A DNA stretch of 32,717 bases from Candidatus Omnitrophota bacterium (GTDB lineage: Bacteria > Omnitrophota > Gorgyraeia > Zapsychrales > Fredricksoniimonadaceae), in contig JAHFGE010000005.1 in the NCBI GenBank assembly GCA_023247575.1, positions 1-32,717 of the forward strand. Reading direction: 5' to 3'. The position numbers and the translations under genes were made by a program. Shown piece after piece: positions 27,801 through 32,717 of the stretch; the stretch's first letter is position 1; every line of letters starts with the position of its first letter. The notes beneath the pieces are model-generated. The model was not told where the DNA came from and searched no databases. It saw only the letters and a list, made by a program, of their open reading frames with translations.

Positions 27801-28250
27801 ATGCAATTGCATCAGATTAGATCACCTTTTGGTTCTCGTAAACGCAAAAAGATTGTCGGCCGCGGCCGCGGTTCTGGTCACGGTAAGCGTTCTGGTAAAG
27901 GTCAAAAAGGCCAAAACGCTCGCGCTGGCCGTGCGGTCATGGCAGCTTATGAAGGAGGACAAATGCGCCTGTTGCGTCGTCTGCCTAAGGTTGGCTTTCA
28001 TAGCAGGTGGCCTCACGAATACCAAATCGTTAACGTTGAATCGTTGAATCGGTTCAATGATGGAACGACGGTCAATCCCGAGCTACTCAAAACTCAAAAA
28101 TTGATTAAGACGCTTGGTCGTCCAGTCAAGATTTTAAGTGATGGTTCTATAACCAAGAAATTGACGGTGATAGCGCACCGTTTTTCCAAAACAGCACAGG
28201 AAGCAATCACCAAGGCCGGTGGTAAGGTCCAAGTGATTGGCAACGAATGA
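27801..28250 (+). CDS. rplO: 50S ribosomal protein L15
   Basis: GRGRGSGHGK, YEGGQM, RRLPKVGF. Confidence 0.97.
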   Translation: MQLHQIRSPFGSRKRKKIVGRGRGSGHGKRSGKGQKGQNARAGRAVMAAYEGGQMRLLRRLPKVGFHSRWPHEYQIVNVESLNRFNDGTTVNPELLKTQKLIKTLGRPVKILSDGSITKKLTVIAHRFSKTAQEAITKAGGKVQVIGNE

Positions 28251-29605
28251 TCTCACAGTTTGTCAAAGGCTTTGCGAACTGTTTTAGAATTGAGGAATTG
28301 CGTCGTAAGATACTTTTTACGATTGGCATCATTGCGGTTTATCGTATCGGTTGCTATATCCCAACCCCTGGGATTAATGGGGCTGCTTTAAATGAGTTCT
28401 TTCAAAGGATGAACAATACGACCGGTGGTGGTAACGTATTCGGCATCATGAATATGTTTTCCGGAGGAGCTTTGGGGAAAATGACCATTTTTTCTTTAGG
28501 GGTCATGCCCTATATTTCCAGTTCCATTATTATGCAGTTATTGACAGCGGTCGTGCCGATGCTAGAGAAGTTATCTAAAGAAGGCCAGGCGGGATATAAA
28601 AAGATCAATCAATACACCCGTTATGGGACAGTGCTTTTAGGTGCTGTCCAATCTTTTTTTATTGCTCTTTGGCTTGAAAGTCCATCCACTTTTGGCGGTT
28701 TACAAATTGTTAATGAACCTGGTTGGGCCTTTCGTTTGACAACTATGATCACTTTAACCACAGGAACGCTGTTTTTAATGTGGTTGGGTGAACGAATTCA
28801 GGAACGGGGCGTAGGTAATGGGACATCGCTTATTATCACGGCAGGTATCTTAGCGTCAGCACCGACTGCTTTACATTATCTGCGATTGCTTTTATCGCCG
28901 ACAACTGGTGGGGGGCAATTACAACCTATAGCCATTGTCCTGATGGTGTTTTTTTTGATTCTCGTTATCTTTGGTGTTACGCTTATTTCGCAGGGCCAGC
29001 GTCGAATTCCTGTACAGTATGCTCGGCGTACGGTGGGGACTCAAACTTATGGAGGGCAAGGAACGTTTATTCCTTTAAAAGTAGATACAGCAGGTATTAT
29101 TGCCATTATTTTTGCCCAGTCGATCATTTTGTTTCCAGCCACCATTGCGAGTTTTATTCCCACCGGCCATTTGCAGTATTTTGCCAACTGGATTTCGCGC
29201 GGGCATGTGTTCTATTATTTGATTTATGCAGTGTTGATTTTGTTCTTTTGCTACTTTTATACGGCGATTGTATTTAATCCTGTAGACGTGGGGGAAAATT
29301 TGAAGAAGCACGGCGGTTTCGTACCTGGAATTAGGCCAGGCAAAGAGACCGCAGATTATTTGGATTACGTTTTGACCCGGATCACGTTAGTTGGAGCTTT
29401 GTTTATCTGTGTGATTGCGGTTATGCCGGATGCCATCATGGCTTCCTTTAAGGTGCCTTATCTGGTTGCCTCATTTTTTGGCGGTACGGGTGTTCTTATT
29501 ACCGTCGGTGTTATGTTGGATACCATGAAGCAAGTGGAATCTCATCTGCAGATGCATCATTATGAAGGCTTTATGAAAACTGGTCACCTAAGAGGTCGTC
29601 AATGA
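28247..29605 (+). CDS. secY: Preprotein translocase subunit SecY
   Basis: LGVMPYISSSIIMQLL, WLGERI..RGVGNG, PGIRPG, GGTGVLI; multiple hydrophobic segments. Confidence 0.98.
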   Translation: MISQFVKGFANCFRIEELRRKILFTIGIIAVYRIGCYIPTPGINGAALNEFFQRMNNTTGGGNVFGIMNMFSGGALGKMTIFSLGVMPYISSSIIMQLLTAVVPMLEKLSKEGQAGYKKINQYTRYGTVLLGAVQSFFIALWLESPSTFGGLQIVNEPGWAFRLTTMITLTTGTLFLMWLGERIQERGVGNGTSLIITAGILASAPTALHYLRLLLSPTTGGGQLQPIAIVLMVFFLILVIFGVTLISQGQRRIPVQYARRTVGTQTYGGQGTFIPLKVDTAGIIAIIFAQSIILFPATIASFIPTGHLQYFANWISRGHVFYYLIYAVLILFFCYFYTAIVFNPVDVGENLKKHGGFVPGIRPGKETADYLDYVLTRITLVGALFICVIAVMPDAIMASFKVPYLVASFFGGTGVLITVGVMLDTMKQVESHLQMHHYEGFMKTGHLRGRQ

Positions 29606-30282
29606 GGATTGTCCTTTTAGGGCCACCGGGTGCTGGTAAAGGTTCTTTGGCAGCATTGATTAAAGAGAGAACGGGTATTGTACACATTTCCACCGGCGAT
29701 ATGTTACGGGAAGAAATGAAAAAAAGCTCACAGATCGGTCTTCAAATAAAAGCTCTGGTTGCCAAAGGAGCCTTAGTCTCCGATGAGATTGTAACCAGAC
29801 TCGTTGAATACAAAGTTACTCATGACCCACAGATGGCTAAAGGGTATCTGTTTGACGGTTTTCCTCGCACTACCCAGCAAGCTCAAGATTTAGACCGTAT
29901 ATTGGCTAAAGTGGGGAAACCTTTAGATTTTGCTCTTTTTATGGAAACTAATGTAGAAATGATTTTAAGCCGATTAATGGGCCGCTGGGTTTGTCGTCAA
30001 TGCGGAGCACTGTTTCACATTAAAAACAGACCACCTAAGAAACCAGGTGTTTGTGATGTGTGCGGCACAGAATTATATCAACGTAGTGATGACAATAAGG
30101 GAATCATTCGCAAGCGTATACAAGTTTATGAAATCAGTACAAAGCCGATCATTGATTATTACGAGGCGCAAGGTAAGCTAAGGAGAATTAGCGGAGATAA
30201 AGAAACGGTCGACGTGCACGATGATTTGGTAAAAATGATCAATGAAGAATCATATCAGAATCAAAAGTCCTCAGGAAGTTGA
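29602..30282 (+). CDS. adk: Adenylate kinase (Zn-LID type)
   Basis: GPPGAGKG, HISTGDMLR, DGFPRT, LID CRQC...CDVC, QRSDD. Confidence 0.97.
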   Translation: MRIVLLGPPGAGKGSLAALIKERTGIVHISTGDMLREEMKKSSQIGLQIKALVAKGALVSDEIVTRLVEYKVTHDPQMAKGYLFDGFPRTTQQAQDLDRILAKVGKPLDFALFMETNVEMILSRLMGRWVCRQCGALFHIKNRPPKKPGVCDVCGTELYQRSDDNKGIIRKRIQVYEISTKPIIDYYEAQGKLRRISGDKETVDVHDDLVKMINEESYQNQKSSGS

Positions 30283-30994
30283 CATTTTAAGAAAAGCTGG
30301 TAAGATTCTCTCTTTAATTATGGGGCACTTAAAGAGCTCTTTAACAGCAGGAATGACGACGAAAGACATTGAGGCGCAAGCCCAAGTCCTGATGCAAAAA
30401 TATGGGGTCAAAGCAGCCTTTAAAGGTTATCGAGGATTTCCCGGTAGTATTTGTATCTCTGTCAATGAAGGGGTTGTTCATGGGATTCCTGGTCCACGGA
30501 TACTCCGTAAGGGTGATATTGTTAGCATTGATGTTGGCATTATCTGCGATGATTATTATTCTGATACTGCGGTCACAGTTGGCATTGATCCCGTTAATCC
30601 TGAGGTACAGAAACTTTTAGACGTTACCCAAGCTGTTCTTTATAAAGGTATTGAGCAAGCCCGTTGTGGGCGAAATTTGTCGGATATTTCGCATGCCGTG
30701 CAAACCTATGTAGAGTTGCAAGGGTTTTCTGTGGTACGTGATTTTGTAGGGCATGGTATAGGGCGTCAACTGCATGAAGATCCGGAAATTCCCAATTATG
30801 GTCCACCTCATGAGGGACCTATTTTGAAAGAAGGAATGGTTTTGGCTATTGAACCCATGGTTAATATGGGAGGTTGGCGGACGAGAGTTTTAAGTGATGG
30901 GTGGACGGTAGTTACGGAAGATGGAAAACCATCAGCGCACTTTGAGCATTGTATTTTAATTACATCTCATGCAGCAGAGATACTCACGATCTAA
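30242..30994 (+). CDS. map: Methionine aminopeptidase type I
   Basis: [39 protein letters not shown]. Confidence 0.97.
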   Translation: MKNHIRIKSPQEVDILRKAGKILSLIMGHLKSSLTAGMTTKDIEAQAQVLMQKYGVKAAFKGYRGFPGSICISVNEGVVHGIPGPRILRKGDIVSIDVGIICDDYYSDTAVTVGIDPVNPEVQKLLDVTQAVLYKGIEQARCGRNLSDISHAVQTYVELQGFSVVRDFVGHGIGRQLHEDPEIPNYGPPHEGPILKEGMVLAIEPMVNMGGWRTRVLSDGWTVVTEDGKPSAHFEHCILITSHAAEILTI

Positions 30995-30996
30995 AT

Positions 30997-31215
30997 ATGG
31001 CTAAAGAAGATCTTATTGAAGTCGAAGGGACGGTCGAAGAGGCGTTACCTAACGCTATGTTTAGAGTTGTGTTGGACAATAACCATAAAGTATTAGCCCA
31101 TGTTTCTGGTAAAATCCGTATGAATTTTATCCGGATTCTACCAGGAGATAAAGTAAAATTAGAATTGTCTCCTTATGATTTATCGCGTGGTCGCATAACA
31201 TTTCGATTGAAATAA
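30997..31215 (+). CDS. infA: Translation initiation factor IF-1
   Basis: [11 protein letters not shown]...LPNAMFRV...[10 protein letters not shown]; 72 aa from ATG 30997. Confidence 0.98.
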   Translation: MAKEDLIEVEGTVEEALPNAMFRVVLDNNHKVLAHVSGKIRMNFIRILPGDKVKLELSPYDLSRGRITFRLK

Positions 31216-31231
31216 GGTTAAGGAATTAAAT

Positions 31232-31345
31232 ATGAAAGTTAAATCGTCGGTAAAAAGAATTTGTGGTCATTGTAAAATTGTGCGTCGTTTTGGGGTCGTG
31301 CGTGTCATTTGCAGCAACCCTAAACATAAACAAAGGCAAGGATAA
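31232..31345 (+). CDS. rpmJ: 50S ribosomal protein L36 (not in ORF track)
   Basis: Manual translation: [37 protein letters not shown]; 37 aa, CxxC..C..H. Confidence 0.97.
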   Translation: MKVKSSVKRICGHCKIVRRFGVVRVICSNPKHKQRQG

Positions 31346-31351
31346 TTTATT

Positions 31352-31756
31352 ATGCCCAGAATTTTAGCTATCGATTTACCAAAAGAAAAACGTATTGAGG
31401 CGGCCCTTCCTTATATCTATGGGATTGGTTTGAGCCGCTCTAGGCTTATTTTGGCTCAAGCTCAAGTGAGCGGTGACAAACGAGCCAAGGATTTATCTGA
31501 AGAAGAGATTTCCCGCATTACGAGCATTATTCAAAAGAATTTTGTAACGGAAGGGGATCTGCGCCGGGAAGTTAACGAAAATATCCGTCGTCATATGGAA
31601 ATGGGCACCTACCGTGGTTTGCGCCATCGTAAGGGACTTCCCGTACGTGGTCAAGGGACAAGGACCAATGCCAGAACGCGCAAAGGCAAGAAACCAGTTG
31701 TAGGACATATTATAAAGAAGGAAACACCACCAGCAACTAAACCAGCCACTAAGTAG
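31352..31756 (+). CDS. rpsM: 30S ribosomal protein S13
   Basis: [34 protein letters not shown]. Confidence 0.98.
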   Translation: MPRILAIDLPKEKRIEAALPYIYGIGLSRSRLILAQAQVSGDKRAKDLSEEEISRITSIIQKNFVTEGDLRREVNENIRRHMEMGTYRGLRHRKGLPVRGQGTRTNARTRKGKKPVVGHIIKKETPPATKPATK

Positions 31757-31786
31757 GGAGGGTTCTTACAAAAGGGATATTGAATT

Positions 31787-32203
31787 ATGGCAACAAAATC
31801 AGCGGAAACAGTTATCAATAAGAAACCAGCGAAAGCCAGAAAAAAAACGTTTAAAGGAGTCACCTCAGGTGTTGCTACCGTTCAGGCTTCCTTTAATAAT
31901 ACAATTGTGACGATTGCCGATAAGCAAGGTAATACCATTGTCTGGTCCACTCCCGGATTGGTTGGTTTTAGTGGTTCCAAAAAATCAACGCCTTTTGCCG
32001 CTCAAGTGGCCGCGACTGATGCTGCCCGTCGTGCCAAAGAATCGGGATTAGTGAGTGTAGATGTTTTAGTTAAAGGTCCTGGATCTGGTCGTGAGTCAGC
32101 CATCCGTGCTATTGCCGCAGCAGGTTTAGCTGTGACTTCTATTAGAGACGTTACGCCTATTCCGCATAACGGTTGCCGTTCAAGGAAAAAGCGGAGAGTT
32201 TAG
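31787..32203 (+). CDS. rpsK: 30S ribosomal protein S11
   Basis: [40 protein letters not shown]. Confidence 0.98.
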   Translation: MATKSAETVINKKPAKARKKTFKGVTSGVATVQASFNNTIVTIADKQGNTIVWSTPGLVGFSGSKKSTPFAAQVAATDAARRAKESGLVSVDVLVKGPGSGRESAIRAIAAAGLAVTSIRDVTPIPHNGCRSRKKRRV

Positions 32204-32221
32204 AAAGGAAAATTATAAAGT

Positions 32222-32717
32222 ATGGGACGGATGATTTGTCCAGATTGCCGTTTATGCCGCCGTGAAGGCGAAAAGCTTTTTTTAAAAGGTCTACGTTGCT
32301 ATACACATAAGTGCGCTATAGCCCGTCGAGAGTATGCCCCTGGACAGCATGGTATTAGGAAAACCAAGCTGTCGAACTTCGGTATTCAATTGCGTGAGAA
32401 ACAAAAAGTAAAGCGTATCTATGGTATTATGGAACGCCAGTTTCGTAATTATTTCTTAAAAGCATCTTCTACTAAAGGCGTTACGGGTACTATTTTGCTT
32501 CAACAATTGGAGCGCCGTTTAGATAGTGTTATCTTTAACTTAGGATTTGCTAAATCCAGACAGGATGCTCGTCAAATTGTCAGCCATAATCATGTAGCTG
32601 TCAACAATCGACGTGTCAATATTGCTTCTTTTTTGGTTAAACCCAATGATGTGATAGAAATCAAGACGGATGCTAAAACTCTCAATGCCATAAAAGAGAA
32701 TATTGAACTCACGAAAG
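32222..32717 (+). CDS. rpsD: 30S ribosomal protein S4, 3'-partial (not in ORF track)
   Basis: Manual translation: [26 protein letters not shown]...PGQHG...QLREKQK...LERRLD...; runs off the window end. Confidence 0.97.
   Translation, partial: MGRMICPDCRLCRREGEKLFLKGLRCYTHKCAIARREYAPGQHGIRKTKLSNFGIQLREKQKVKRIYGIMERQFRNYFLKASSTKGVTGTILLQQLERRLDSVIFNLGFAKSRQDARQIVSHNHVAVNNRRVNIASFLVKPNDVIEIKTDAKTLNAIKENIELTK

Noticed and set aside
65-31863. Numerous short alternative-frame and antisense ORFs in the ORF track
   Set aside because: They are shadows of well-conserved + strand genes, with no recognisable motifs or independent start signals.

Overview
A bacterial core-translation supercluster, almost entirely on the + strand: rpsA-tyrS, then tRNA-Thr(GGT)-rpmG-tRNA-Trp-secE-nusG-rplKAJL-rpoBC-rpsLG-fusA-tuf, followed by the S10, spc and alpha blocks up to a truncated rpsD. 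rpmD (L30) is absent from its usual slot and no tuf copy follows tRNA-Thr. The window opens with the 3' end of a hypothetical protein carrying a C-terminal GGIDFN...VILNITP domain. That domain and the S12 sequence suggest a PVC-related lineage, probably Omnitrophota (inference from recall, not searched). The most unusual signal is non-coding: a family of short hairpin elements with a conserved loop (GAG-C/T-G-N-N-N-TCGA) but copy-specific stems, arranged as X - left unit - revcomp(X) - right unit - X. One copy is inserted in frame (48 bp) in the GGIDFN domain, one lies just upstream of tRNA-Thr, and one engulfs the nusG ribosome-binding site and start codon. CCGCC/GGCGG hairpins and GTAG-type REP-like hairpins also occur. 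No transposase is encoded in the window.
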